A DNA stretch of 64,000 nt from Takakia lepidozioides (GCA_030704615.1 CM060733.1:21576001-21640000); one strand, 5' to 3'. Numbered from the stretch's first letter, positions 28,673 through 45,844 are shown. Notes: a model not told the origin generated them from the letters alone. A program made the numbers and translations.

Positions 28673-31395
28673 AAAGTCTTCTGTATCTGTATCTTAACTC
28701 CTCTTATTAATCCCAATGGCTGTACACTCCTTTGATCTGCCATTGTTACTGTAAATGGGGCTGGTTTCATGTTACTTAGACCAAGCTTCTTTCTTAATTG
28801 GTCTGTCATGATACTTACTCCAGAGCCTCCATCTATCAGTACATCAGTTAGTTCTGTGCTTCCAATCCTCAATTGGATTACTGGCATAGAATCATCAAAG
28901 TCCATGACTGTTTCTCGCCTTTCCGGCTTCACATTATAACTAGTTACCTTGCTGTTCAGGTCTGTGTTTATTGTCTCCTGGGCAATTCGATTGATTGCTT
29001 GATACAGCCTGTGTCTACAATAAGGTGCCACAGCCAATAGCTGTCCAATGGTAATCTCTACTTTGGTCTGGCATATTACTTCAGCCAAAGTCCCTTTATT
29101 ACTTTGCATGTCTGCATCTTCTTTCTTCCTTTCATCCTCACTCACTTCTTCTTCTCCATCAGAATCAGAGGAATCTGCCACAGGAATATCAGTACTCTTA
29201 TGCATTTCCCTTATGGTATCTGCCATTTCCTTGTGCAGTTCCTTCTCATCTCTCCAAGCCTCATCATCTTCAGGCATATCACTGCCACCTTCATTATCAT
29301 CATCTTCCTCAACTATTGGTATTAGTTTGGCTTTGCTTCTTGTTACTATCATTGTACTTACTTCTGGTACAATACATGGCCTAACCATGTGAGCTGCCAC
29401 CACTGGGCCCTCATTCACAGGAGCTCTCATCTCATTCTGGTGTCTAATCCAGAATGAACAGGCTGCCTTGCGATGTCCTGGCTGATTACAATAATAACAT
29501 AGTTCTTCACCATTGGGTCCTCGCCCTTGGTCTGCTCTTGGATTATTTCTGTAATCCTGATTCCCGGGCTGGTAATTCCCCCTTGGATTACCCTGATAGT
29601 TGCCTCTGGAATTTCCTTGGTAATTCCCTCTTGAATTACCTCTCTCTTCCATGCCATTGTTATAACCACCAGGCCTACCATAGTGGTCCTGATCACTGTT
29701 TCTTCTTGGCTGGGGCTGCATCTGATGCACCCTTACTTGCCTAGGTTCTCTAGCTGCTGTCCTTCTGTTGTAGTAACAATTCTCAGTAGAATGGTTATCC
29801 ATTTTATAGATAGTACAGTGTTTCTCCTTCATGTGGCATTCAGTGGTGGTATGGCCGTCATTCTGACACTTTGCACACCAAACACCCTTCCTCCAATGTG
29901 TTGCAACCTCTGTGGCATACTTCTTCAAGATTTCTTCTAATCTTTTCTCATAGTTATCCCTCTTCAACTTCTCCTTTCTCTTACTCTTCCTTTTCAGTTC
30001 TTGCTCTTCTTCTTCATCTGACTCATCCTCAGAGTCCTCATCATCCATTTTCTCTCTCCTGAGCATTCCCAATTGCTCAATTCTGTTTGTAGTTTCAAAT
30101 GCCTCCTCCACTGCATTATGGGGTAACATATCCACTTTCTTCTGCAACTCTGGTCTTAGTCCACTCACAAACCAAGTCTTCTGTAAACCTGGTGCTGGTA
30201 CAACAGCCAGCTTTTTCATCATCAATTCCATCTTTTCCATATACTCCTCAACAGTTTCATGCTTCTTTTGCTTTAACTGTTGTAAACTTCCATACACTTC
30301 ATCCTCAGTTTTACTTGTCCTGAACCTATTTCGGAATGCTGTATTCAAGCCATTCCAGGTTAGGAAATGATTATCAGGGAATCTTGCATACCATTCACTT
30401 GCTTTCTTGATAAGTGAACAAAGAAACAATCTCATCTTGGCATCATCGCCATTCTCATTGTTCACTATACACATGTGTTCAAATTGGCTAATGTGTACAT
30501 CGGGATCCCCTTTTCCTGAATATATTGGAAAATGTGGTTTTGCCCGTGTTGGTTGTAACGCCATCTGTGGCCCTTCCTTCTGCCCACTGACAAGTGTTGG
30601 CACCCTTGCTAGTGCTGGTCCTTCAAGACCTGTTGTTGTTGTGGTGGATCTTCCACCAAGTGGTGGCCCCTGAGCACTCCTGGCTACTAGCCCCACGATA
30701 TTCACAGTATTCCCAGCTCCAGTTGCACTACTTCCCACACTCCCTGTCCCCCCAGAGCCAGATCCAGGCAGCCCGCCTGATCCCCCTGAGCCGACACCTT
30801 CGTTGGCCTGTGATCCAAGTGCTCCACTTAATCCAGGTCCAACGGGTTGGGATGTCCTGGTTGTAGTCTCAACCTCAGCTGTTGGGTCTACTTCTTCATA
30901 CTCTTCCTCTTCCAATTTGTTCTCTCTATTTTCATCCTCCAAGTTCTGCCCTTGGGTTTCTTCTTCACTCATGTAACTCAACTGCAATGGTGTTGGAGAG
31001 TCTGAACTCTCCGTTGGCTCTGCCACATCCTCTCTTCCTTCTTCACCTTCCGCTTCAGAAACTGGAGTTCTTGCTTTTGGTGTTCCATGCCAACTCTTAT
31101 CAAAGATTTTTGTCAAATCTTTTATCCAAGGATGTACCTCAGATCTTTCACCTCGTGATTGATCTTCTTCCCGTACCAATTCCCTTAATCTTTCTTGCAA
31201 AGAAAAAGAAGGAGTGGCATCCAACTCTAGTTCTTCCGGTATGGGTGATGTACTCTCTGATCTTAATGGTGTGAGAGGTCCAGATGATTCCCCTATGTCT
31301 ATTCCTCTCTCCCAAAGATATGGATAATTAGCTTTCAGATAGCTTTCTCTTTTTGCTGAATATCTCTGGCGTCTAGCTTCTCTTTCATCACTCAT
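28669..31395 (-). CDS. gag: Gypsy gag-protease (908 aa; frameshifted into the rest of pol)
   Basis: YSGKGDPDVHI..WYARF..LKQKKHETVEEY..FVSGLRPEL gag core; three CCHC knuckles (one degenerate); NSRGNYQG repeats; VLIDGGS protease active site. Confidence 0.92.
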   Translation of the reverse strand: MSDEREARRQRYSAKRESYLKANYPYLWERGIDIGESSGPLTPLRSESTSPIPEELELDATPSFSLQERLRELVREEDQSRGERSEVHPWIKDLTKIFDKSWHGTPKARTPVSEAEGEEGREDVAEPTESSDSPTPLQLSYMSEEETQGQNLEDENRENKLEEEEYEEVDPTAEVETTTRTSQPVGPGLSGALGSQANEGVGSGGSGGLPGSGSGGTGSVGSSATGAGNTVNIVGLVARSAQGPPLGGRSTTTTTGLEGPALARVPTLVSGQKEGPQMALQPTRAKPHFPIYSGKGDPDVHISQFEHMCIVNNENGDDAKMRLFLCSLIKKASEWYARFPDNHFLTWNGLNTAFRNRFRTSKTEDEVYGSLQQLKQKKHETVEEYMEKMELMMKKLAVVPAPGLQKTWFVSGLRPELQKKVDMLPHNAVEEAFETTNRIEQLGMLRREKMDDEDSEDESDEEEEQELKRKSKRKEKLKRDNYEKRLEEILKKYATEVATHWRKGVWCAKCQNDGHTTTECHMKEKHCTIYKMDNHSTENCYYNRRTAAREPRQVRVHQMQPQPRRNSDQDHYGRPGGYNNGMEERGNSRGNYQGNSRGNYQGNPRGNYQPGNQDYRNNPRADQGRGPNGEELCYYCNQPGHRKAACSFWIRHQNEMRAPVNEGPVVAAHMVRPCIVPEVSTMIVTRSKAKLIPIVEEDDDNEGGSDMPEDDEAWRDEKELHKEMADTIREMHKSTDIPVADSSDSDGEEEVSEDERKKEDADMQSNKGTLAEVICQTKVEITIGQLLAVAPYCRHRLYQAINRIAQETINTDLNSKVTSYNVKPERRETVMDFDDSMPVIQLRIGSTELTDVLIDGGSGVSIMTDQLRKKLGLSNMKPAPFTVTMADQRSVQPLGLIRGVKIQIQKTL

Positions 31396-31416
31396 GTCCC
31401 ATGTCTTTCATTTCTT

Positions 31417-32004
31417 TTAATGTGGCAATAACCAAAACTCTCTTCTGTAATATCTCTCGTATATGCCTGGGTTTCTTTCAAGCTTCAATGCACCCTTGGC
31501 TATACTAGAAGTCTCTGTTACCATATAACCATATGGCAAACAAGTCTGGAAAACGGTTCTTGGTGTGAGTTTGATCCACAAAATATCATTTGGAATCCAA
31601 TTCTTTACCAGTACAAGCTCTTCATGCATATGAGTATAAACATTCACCTTTCTTTCCTCCCAGCCTTCAAACTCTACTCGCTTAATGGATAGCAATGCTA
31701 TCACATAAACCAGTGTTGGTAACCAACGTGCTCTTCCTCTATAGGCCACCTGATAAATCTTTATCACTCCTTTCTCCAGACCCCACTCAGGATCAGCATC
31801 ATGCACTCTCTTAAGAATGTTTTCTTTACAACCGTCTGGCAATTCCAAGAACCTCTGAAAGAATCGTTTGGACAATCTTTCCTTCTTAGTTTCACAAGGA
31901 ATTTGATTCACATCAAATTCTTTAATTCTCCAACCACCATGATCCCACCAGATGCCTGTCACATCTGGTTGTTCATGACCCAGTTCCCCAGTATGGTCGC
32001 CAAA
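31417..32004 (-). CDS. ORF0 upstream of gag; open through the PBS, start codon predicted inside the missing LTR
   Basis: 195 stop-free codons ending 21 bp before the gag ATG; contains FLELPDGCKENILKRV. Confidence 0.55.
   Translation of the reverse strand, partial: FGDHTGELGHEQPDVTGIWWDHGGWRIKEFDVNQIPCETKKERLSKRFFQRFLELPDGCKENILKRVHDADPEWGLEKGVIKIYQVAYRGRARWLPTLVYVIALLSIKRVEFEGWEERKVNVYTHMHEELVLVKNWIPNDILWIKLTPRTVFQTCLPYGYMVTETSSIAKGALKLERNPGIYERYYRREFWLLPH
31985..32002 (-). promoter_or_regulatory. Primer-binding site (tRNA-Arg-like)
   Basis: TGGCGACCATACTGGGGA 2 nt after ...GACA; resembles the Tat/Ogre-type TGGCGACTC..CTGGGGA. Confidence 0.75.
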
Positions 32005-34028
32005 TGTCGCGCGACAGTTACGACCATTGATAATCAAAATTGGTTATCTGTTCATGCATATGTGGTTCAAAACTGGAGACGGATTCCAATTCTGCTTACA
32101 TTTGAACGTGTTCTTGAATGGAACAATGCCAACAACCTCAAATGGATGATGGTGGGTGTCCTAATGACATTTGGTGGCTTGTCTGACCAACAAATTGCTG
32201 AGCGGCTTGTGTGCATGGGAGCAGATGAGGTTTCAGTTTTCCAAGGTATTCGCACGGGAGTGACTGTGCAACTTAGGGATCAGCATGCACCCTACATGAT
32301 TGGCGTCCATTGTATGGCTCATCGCACAAACTTGGCTGTGCAAGCATTGTCTACTCTACCAATGGTCTCCAAGTTGAAGGATCTCCTCCAATCATTGTAT
32401 GGGTATTTCTCCACCTCTCCCAAGCGTCATCTTGAATTTACTAAGCTCGCTGAGATCGTGGAAACAGAAGGACTTAAGATATTAAGGAATGTGAAGACAA
32501 GGTGGATTAGCATGCTAGAGCCCTTGAAAAGGGTATTGGGAGAGTACAAAACCTTGTCAAAATGTCACTTGAAAGTGGATCAGTTGCAGCAGCGAGGGCA
32601 AATCTGGATCATTTGTGTGACATTCAAACCATATTGGGTTTGCCATGTGTTTTGCCTTTGTTGGAGGCTGTCAATTCCCTCATCAAATTTGCTCAATCAA
32701 GGGATGTGTTTATTTGTGATTTTGTGGCCGCTGTCAAGATGTGTCAAGCCGATGTCTATAGGATGTATTCAGATCCAGCAACTGCTTTTCAGCCTAAGGA
32801 CTTCCCAGACTTCAATGATGTGGTCTCGAATTCTTCTTGTAGAATCACTCAACATTGGGTTACTAATCTGAACACCGGCAATGACACATTGGCATTTTCC
32901 ATCATGGGACAATTTTACATGAGTCATTCTATGTCACTGTTGACTGGGTAGCCTCATGCAGTGGATAGGGAAGGCTTTGTTCAGCATGTTGCAAGCATCA
33001 AGGAACATTGTACGATGGCAGCAAACCTTCTTATCAGTGAGCTTGAAAAAAGGTTTCCAGATTCTGAGATCATGAATGCTCTTGGTGTGGTGTACCCCCA
33101 ATACTGGCTGCAGCCCGAGTGTAAGGCTATATTTCCTCTGCACATGGCGGTCATCAAACGAGCTTATTGTGTTTCCAAGCAGGTAACACCTGGAGGTACT
33201 TGGATTTCTGAGCCCCTCAATGGCAATTTGCTGGAAATGCAAACTTCTTTCTTTAAATTGAAAACACAGACAAAGAAGGCCATGGAGGAGCCTTTCAACA
33301 TCAACCCCATGACAAAACTTTGGCAGAAACTCTCTTCCAATGGCCTCATTGTTCAGCACCTTGGTGAATTCATGAAGCTTGCTGAAATTGCAGTGGTGCA
33401 AGTCCTTGGCAGTGTTCACGTTCAGTACTTTGGCATTCATCAAGAACAAGCTACGTAATCGTTTGGTTGGTCACTTGAATACAACTGTCTGTATGTATGC
33501 ACATGATTTTTACAACAGGGATACTTTCCCTTATCAAGAGGCTATCAGCGATTGGATGGAGGTGAAGACCCGTAGATCTACTGATGCTTAGGTCTCTTGG
33601 CTGGTCTCTTGACAGGTTTCTTGTCTTAGGTCACTTTCCCTTCATAATTCTAATAAAATTCTCCAAGGACACTATCCCCTGTTCTTGGGAAAAAAAAAAA
33701 AAAATGTTCATTTTTTCTTTTGGGTCCAGGATAGGTGGCCTCAGTTGACTCATGGGGACAACAGTCATTACAGCTGTGGAGGAAACTAGTGCTAGATGCT
33801 TATGTCATCCAACTAACGACGGAGGGGAGAGAGAGGGGAAAAGGGAGAAGGGGGAAGAGGAAAGTGTAAGTAGGTAACATGATGGCTAGGAATTCTTGTA
33901 GCCTCTCTCTAGGGTATGAACTACACTAGGTCTAAACGTCTAAACTTGTTTCAGCGCCTATCATCGCTCGTTCCAATACCCTTCCATAATCAGTATCCAA
34001 TGCAATTTATTGGACAGTGTAGAGAATA

Positions 34029-34616
34029 CCGTACTTACCTAGCCATTCGTTTTTATTATTTAGGCACCTCACCTAGGTAAATTCCAGCCATTAGGCATGT
34101 ATTACAGTCGACCCTGGATAAAGGTTATTTTTGTTATGTCACCCTTAATGTTATGAAATCTTTGGTCTGTAAAAATTTACACTTGAAAATGGCATGACTA
34201 GAGCGCTATTTGATAAGTGTTATGAAAATATGGCTCTCCTCTTTGTTAGCACACCTCCATAGTTGCTAGATCTTATGCCGAGCCTTAATATAGTTCGTTT
34301 GAGAAAACATTCATCCACTCTTATCAAGGATCTACTGTTCTTATCGAAAGGCACCACGTCCATGACAAAATAACATAATGAACACTTGTTTTTGACCTCC
34401 CTCAAGAACTATTGTTGAGGTAATTGTAGGCATTTTTAAATTGTAGGCATTTTTTCCACATATTTGGACATTTTGGTATTTTTCACAGTTTTTGAGCAAT
34501 TAGGCACTTCTCAGGAGCATTTTCCAAGTTTTAGGCACTTTTTTCAAAAAAATTCTAAATTTAATTAGGCACTTGATTTTGAATTAATTATTGCCTAATA
34601 AGCTAGGTCAGTGCGG
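34029..34616. mobile_element. Tc1/mariner-type MITE
   Basis: TIR CCGTACTTACCTAGC / GCTAGGTCAGTGCGG (13/15), TA on both flanks; internal TAGGCA repeats. Confidence 0.7.
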
Positions 34617-35221
34617 TATATCAAAAAAACTTTCAAATCAAACTTTGAAACAACCCTCGGCCTCGGTCAACAGAGAGTAATGTAGATTCCTAACCGATCT
34701 TCTCAGATTGCTCTCGTCTCATCCCAAACAAAAAAAAGCTTCTAATTTACTGATATCAAAGGTACAGTACTACGAGTACTGGGTATTGTAATCTTCGTGC
34801 CCTTCTTCCAGCACCTTTTCATCCTGGTCACCTTTCTGGGGGGTGAAATTGCATGGGGGGTAAGGTTGCCCAATGGCGCCCCCAAAAAGGTTAGAGGATG
34901 GTCTAGGAATTAAAAAGGGGGATATAAGCTACACAAGGATTTGAAAGACTGCTTGAACTAGTAAACTTCTAAAAATGTATTGCACGAGTTCTGGACATGA
35001 AAAAAATGTACTAAGTTTGTAACTGATCTCCCTCCGAAGCCCCAAATATTATCAGCCACAACCCTGGTGAATCTTTTCACAAGAGCAACTATGGTCTGAC
35101 TATTGAGATAAACTTTTAAGGAAGAAGATCATCTGTCATGGAGAGCTGGGAGTATAACAGAAAATCTCTTTCTTCCAAATGCACCGCCATATCAGAACTT
35201 GGGTAGCATTTTCTTAAGCAG

Positions 35222-40356
<5,135 letters not shown>

Positions 40357-42502
40357 CTCTAGCGGGGACGCCAAAGTTTCATTTGCGTTTCAGAGCTGCT
40401 AGACTAAAGCTGAATGTTCAAAATCGAAGCCCATCGTCTGTGAGAGAACCATGGTAGTTACAAATTGAGCTAGTCACCCAAGTTGCAGGTATACAACAAT
40501 GCAAGGTCAGTGGCTCCAGAGGCTTCAGCACCTCGTATGCAATGACAAAGAATTGCAGTTGGCGTCATTACCCTGCTTTCACTCTCCCTCCACACAGCTT
40601 CATTTACGTATATACATGCACTTTGAACTCTTCCTTCGATTGGTCAAACGCAACAAAGGGATGGGCGTAGGTAGGTACCGGTGAGAGATCTGATAGTCGC
40701 CCACCTTAATGGGCCGAAGAAACGCTACATCATCTTTGCTGCCCATGAATCCCCCACTCCGCTGTGGCAAGTGCCCTCTTCCCCACCAGCTTACTTAGAC
40801 GCTACTCCTGTCACTACTCACTACCACAGAGCACCATCACCACACTACCTCCACACATCGACATCGTTTGATAGTCTTTTGAAGATGCCCCCGACTCTGG
40901 ACTCCTGATGTGAGACGTGGTACTATAAGAGCGGCTCACACATATTGACAGCCATCCATTGAACTTGGACCTCACAAACGCTCACTCACATATGTACACT
41001 CACATGTGTACCTGAGCAGCTGGGAAGGAGCCCGTGAGGTAAGTAGCTCAGTATCACTGTCCATGGGAGGGCGGGCTCCGAGCATCACACAGTTGGGAGG
41101 AGGGGATCTCTCACTTTATGGGCGTCCTCCCTTGGTATACAAGTGGATAGGTACTGGGAAAGTTGGTGAGATGTCTGTGACAGGGTTTGTGTAGCTGATC
41201 ACACTCACTCTGTGTTGGTCCAAGAGTCAAGAGTGAGATGAAGACAACCTCGAAGCATGTGGCTTGTCTATCTTTTGAGTGTCGTAACTTGTAACCTTGA
41301 TCGAGTAGTTTTCGAGGACCTCACTTGTGACATGTTTGGCATGACCATGTTACGCAAATGAGTCCCTGTTGTAGATTTTGTAGCACAAATTTTGGCCGCC
41401 ACAAAAATCTGGTTGTAATCAATGAGTTTGCAATTTCGACTTGAACTTTATAGCAAGAAATGACTGTAAAGTATGTCAATGTCAGCTTACAGGGCTGCCT
41501 CATGGGGTGTCCCTTGCAGACCAATTCCTCCTTCTCGCACTTCTTTCTCAGCCAAGGAAAAGTGTCTCTTCATGCCTGCTGGCAAGCAGACATTCCATGT
41601 TCCTCTCGGCCTCTTGCAACAATGTCTATAAAGTAACTCAAAGGAAAGGTGGGTGCGCTTACCACCCCCTAGTGATTTGGTGATGAGAAAATAACACATA
41701 TTTTGAACTCCAACTCTTCCAGATAAGACTACTAGAATGTAGACAAACCAAAGTAGGACTGCATTATGTAGAGATAAACATGATAAGCTTTGCTAGCAAC
41801 TTGTTCTAAAATGATGTCCGCCAGTGAGAGCTAAAAGCTCACTCAATACTAATAGTATAGGGCCTACATTGGTGACATGCTACAACTGAAGGACCACAGG
41901 AAGAGGCTGAGCCATCAGGCTATCATAATACTGGGGAAATTCAAGAGGAACGCTCATAAGCATTGCAGAAAAATGGTTCACAGGTAAAGAGAGCACTGCC
42001 CCTTCAACACTTGCTTTGACAACAGGAGCTAAGGAATACTCAGGTTCCAGCTGACAAAATAACTTAACATGCTGCGTGATTTGTGCAGCTTCTCCTCCAC
42101 CTTGCTGCTGGAAATATACTGTAGCTCGTTGCACCACTCGCCACACAACAAAAACGGCATATCTAATTCAGCGAATATCAGTAGCCAGGTGTCAAAAAGA
42201 GCACCTGTCTCTCTTGCTCTTTGCAACTGAACTATTGCATCTGAGCTACCCTTTGTGGACAGCTCACATGGGTCTTGGTACCAGCTGCGGGAAGAAGAGG
42301 ACGGCCATACATTTAACCTTTCTCATGATTTCTGCACATAACAATACACAACGATTCTTTACAAATGCTGAAGGCGAGTACTTGATGCCTTTCCGCCCTT
42401 TGTTGATCGGTCTATGGCATTGTCTGGGTATATAGAATATCCAAGTGTTCATGAATCCCCCATTCAATCATTCCTTCAATCCACTGCTCAGACAGTAAAA
42501 TG

Positions 42503-44831
42503 CTAGAACATCTGAAGGACAAACTCATAAGAGAACCATGTGTGCTCTTTGCAGTGAGTTAAACAGGCCACGATCATGCTATCGCATTTGGTAAGATGCA
42601 TCCTTACTGGAGATTCAACAGGGGAGATAGATGTAACACCTCCCTGTGTGAACATTACGAATATTTCTTGCTGGTAAGAGAAACTGAGAAACAAAGAAAC
42701 TTGAGCGTCCACAGGGGCCACTGAGGGCACATCAGACAACGTAGAACAACAGAACCAGAAAGAGAGAAAGCTTTGGCCATACCTGGATAGGTAAGAAAAG
42801 CTTGAATTCAGGAGGTAGCTCCTCCTCAGAATAGAGTCGATCAGAGAAGTAGACGCGCCGGATGCGGCAGTTTGCATGCACTTGCACTCGCAAAGTCTCC
42901 ACATAATTTGTTCCATAAGCCCTCCTTGTAAAATCAGATAGATTAAACTGGATCTGGTTCCACCCCTCATCCAGCCTCATGGGCATTGTGCAAATGAAAG
43001 GTTTCACTCGTGTGGTTGACTGCCACCCAAACCACATGACACGCAATTAGAGCTGAGCCCTCATGATGAACCTCCCATAGCTATCCCGGACATTTCTCTT
43101 GGAGCATTGCATACCAAGACGATGGGTTTCCAAATGGGGTAGCCAACTCTGTGTGGCCGCTCACCATGCAAACTACTACGCCTAGACTTGGAACATTTTT
43201 TTATACAACTCCCATGTTAACCAACAGCTCATGGACTCAACAGAATGACAGTAGCCGAACCCTCCCTAACCCCTTGGGCAAAGGATTACCCAGCATAGGC
43301 CAGGATACTGAGTCAAATAAAACCAAGTGGCCTTCCCAGGCCATCTTCACTTCCTAGCTGAGTATCATCCAACCTCATGACCATGGCGTGAATGCACACA
43401 AGGGCCCACCCATCTACTCCCAAACTAAAAGCAACATGGCGACCAGGGCAGGCTTGAACCTGATAGTTGGACGCTCGAAACCGGCGTCGCACATTCTTGT
43501 CATCCAGCACCTGAACTTCAAATGTGAAGTATTTCTTCATGTTTTTGATAATCATAACCAGAAACGGTAGCTTGATGCCGAGTGTTTGCCGGGGATCACC
43601 AGGGCAGGTTATGAAGTTTGTGCTCACATTTGTGCCCATTATTTCCAATACACTGGACTGTATGTCCTCATCTGTACACCTTTTGATGTGCCCATTTTGC
43701 ACTGGCACCATACAACCCCATGCAAACAAAATGAGACCCCTTGGTTGTCTTGACATATTTAATGGGTTCCATCAACTCTCTCTCTGTGTCACTCTAGCCC
43801 TGATGGGTGCGAACCCCAAAAGACTCCAGGAGGGTTAGTTTCCTGCAGGGTCAGTGGCCGTAAGGCATTTGCAGGAATGGCATGATTACATTCTCTCTCT
43901 TGCTCTCTGCCCCTTCTTGAGGGTGAGCCTAAGCCCTGGCCCTGTTGGGGTCTAACTGCTGGGCAAATCACACAGCAGATAGATGCTTATGTGAAGGGAA
44001 TTCTAGAGGAAATCTGGAAAGCCCGAACAAATTGTTTATATTAAGGTAAGTCCCACTGGCACCACTCTGGTGGCCACCCATGTGTACACAAGGATGCACC
44101 TAAACCTGAAATTGGATGCCCAAAGCCTTACAAATACTCTTCTGGTGCCTTTCATAAGAGTTGTTGGTTGCCTCAAATATTCTGTCATCCCAACTGTGTT
44201 TACTGAGGATTAGCACTGTCTTCATACAACACCCCAATCATCTTCCATATTGCAGAATGGGAAATAGTGCTAAGGCACTGCAATAATTATGGTCCTAGAA
44301 GAATAATGATGGAAACAGTAGCTCCCCCTTAGACAGCCACTAAGCAAAACTGATGAAAGTTTGACCACTTCATGAGAAACCGCAAAAAGCAAGGCATACC
44401 TTCCTTGTCCCAGATCTGCAAAGGCTTACTCCTGGTCACAAAAAATCAACAGAAGAAGATAAATAAGTTGCAATCTAAACATCACGAGATAAACCAAAAG
44501 ACAAATCCTAACTTCAAATCCCGTGTTTGAAAGCATGTATTCCAATTACTGGACAACATCTCCCCTCTACCTTGCAGCGCAAAATGCTACATATGAAACC
44601 CTTACTCAGAGAAGGACTAACAGCAGAGCTTTGATTGACACAAACATAATGCAGTACCATGGATACCACTAGTTGAGAGATGTCAATGATCAATGGGTCA
44701 ACAAGGACCAACTTGTGTAGCCCTCCATACTGTATTCAGTACATTCACTTTCAAAGTAAAGAAGGCTTGGGCACTTACCCGATGCTGTAAAGAATTGAAA
44801 GGAAACCCGATTGAAATGTGTTCCTAAACAT
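42503..44831 (-). CDS. CFAP20: Cilia- and flagella-associated protein 20 (BUG22); exons 44831-44779, 44431-44400, 43701-43460, 43019-42783, probable last exon 42511-42503
   Basis: [95 protein letters not shown]. Confidence 0.97.
43925..44060 (+). mobile_element. LINE 3'-end remnant in a CFAP20 intron
   Basis: TGGGCAAATCACACAGCAGATAGATGCTTATGTGAAGGGA..ATCTGGAAAGCCCG..AAGGTAAGTC matches 48580-48712. Confidence 0.7.
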
Positions 44832-44839
44832 TTTTGTTG

Positions 44840-45844
44840 TCAATACAAGCGGCTGTCCTCCTCTGACCACTTCTTCGACAAAATCTGGTTGTACTCAGGT
44901 CGAGCAGTCTGCAGAACCAAGACACAACTCTCCTTTATTCATGCACAAACCAAATAAATGCATCGACAGATGTAATGACCTCACCTGTCCAGGTCACAGT
45001 GCCACTGTATTGATCTTTACTATGTTAGAGCAACCACAACTTCTAATTTATGCCTAAGTACAGATCCACTTCCATCCATATGCAGTCCTTCCCCTGCTAT
45101 GAGGATTTGCATGATTGGCGAGTTTTCATTTCGAAGAACAGCTGCTGTCACCATTCCAATCTCCCTAAAAAATACTGCCGATCTGCCAGGTTCTCAGGTG
45201 CCATGGTTTCTACAATTTGCAAATAATTATGATGGCAGTCAACATAGAGCTGCCTCGACTAGCTTTTAGTGAAGGCAGAATATCTTCAATCATGTTGAAG
45301 AAAACTGATACTTTTACTATTTGTGATACTTAGTAGCTGCAATTAATGGATCCCGATAAACGAGATGTTCCACACACCAGAATTGCACTCAGTTGAAGAC
45401 TCAAATCAGCACTTCAACAGTCAGTAATTTGAGTAACGTGGACTACAATGATATGTCTTGCACACACATAATTCTCTGTGAAAATCGTAGGTTTACTCAA
45501 AAGCTGTATCGACAAGGACAATCCCTGGAGTGATCAGGACCCTCACTCGCGACGGAACCGGATTACGAATCAACCTTTCAAGGATCAGGGCAGTCAACTT
45601 TTCAATTAGACCACCTTACTGAAAACAACTCAGAGAACGCATAGCGGGAAAAACGTACACGAAGACTGACAGTGGGAGGTAGGTAGAGCGAGGTAGAAAA
45701 TACCAAGTCTTTAAAGAGCAGGAAAGCGATGATGAAGAAGAGAACAAGGAGAATTTCAAACTCAGCCACCCGCACCAGCTTGAAAACAGCGTCCACAGCC
45801 CTGGTAAGCAGCGATGGCGGAGGGCCCCGCTGCTGCCTGCGCAT
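44840..45844 (-). CDS. 69-aa single-pass membrane protein (exons 45844-45704, 44908-44840), upstream cistron of CFAP20
   Basis: MRRQQRGPPPSLLTRAVDAVFKLVRVAEFEILLVLFFIIAFLLFKDL|TARPEYNQILSKKWSEEDSRLY*; phase-0 GT-AG intron; AEFEIL..FKDLTxRPEYNQIL recalled from conserved uncharacterised plant proteins (not verified). Confidence 0.85.

Larger units (their letters stand above)
19843..32016 (-). mobile_element. Ty3/gypsy non-chromovirus retrotransposon (no additional aRH domain seen), single complete LTR
   Basis: GTTAC TSD at 19838-19842 and 32017-32021; TG..CA ends; PBS, PPT and gag-PR-RT-RH-INT order. Confidence 0.95.
19091..33591 (+). mobile_element. hAT-superfamily (ZNF862-like) transposase pseudogene, split by the gypsy insertion (19091-19842 + 32022-33591)
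   Basis: RCKVC..SLWKH zinc finger; SISADEVT|TIDNQ rejoins in frame across the TSD; HCMAHRTNLA; TRWIS; C-terminal TFSTLAFIKNKLRNRL dimerisation region; frameshifts near 32553 and 33415, stop at 32949; element termini not found. Confidence 0.88.

Noticed and set aside
40763-41332. Possible solo LTR (TGTGGCAAGTG..CACTTGTGACA, TATA-like site)
   Set aside because: No matching TSD and no second copy in the window
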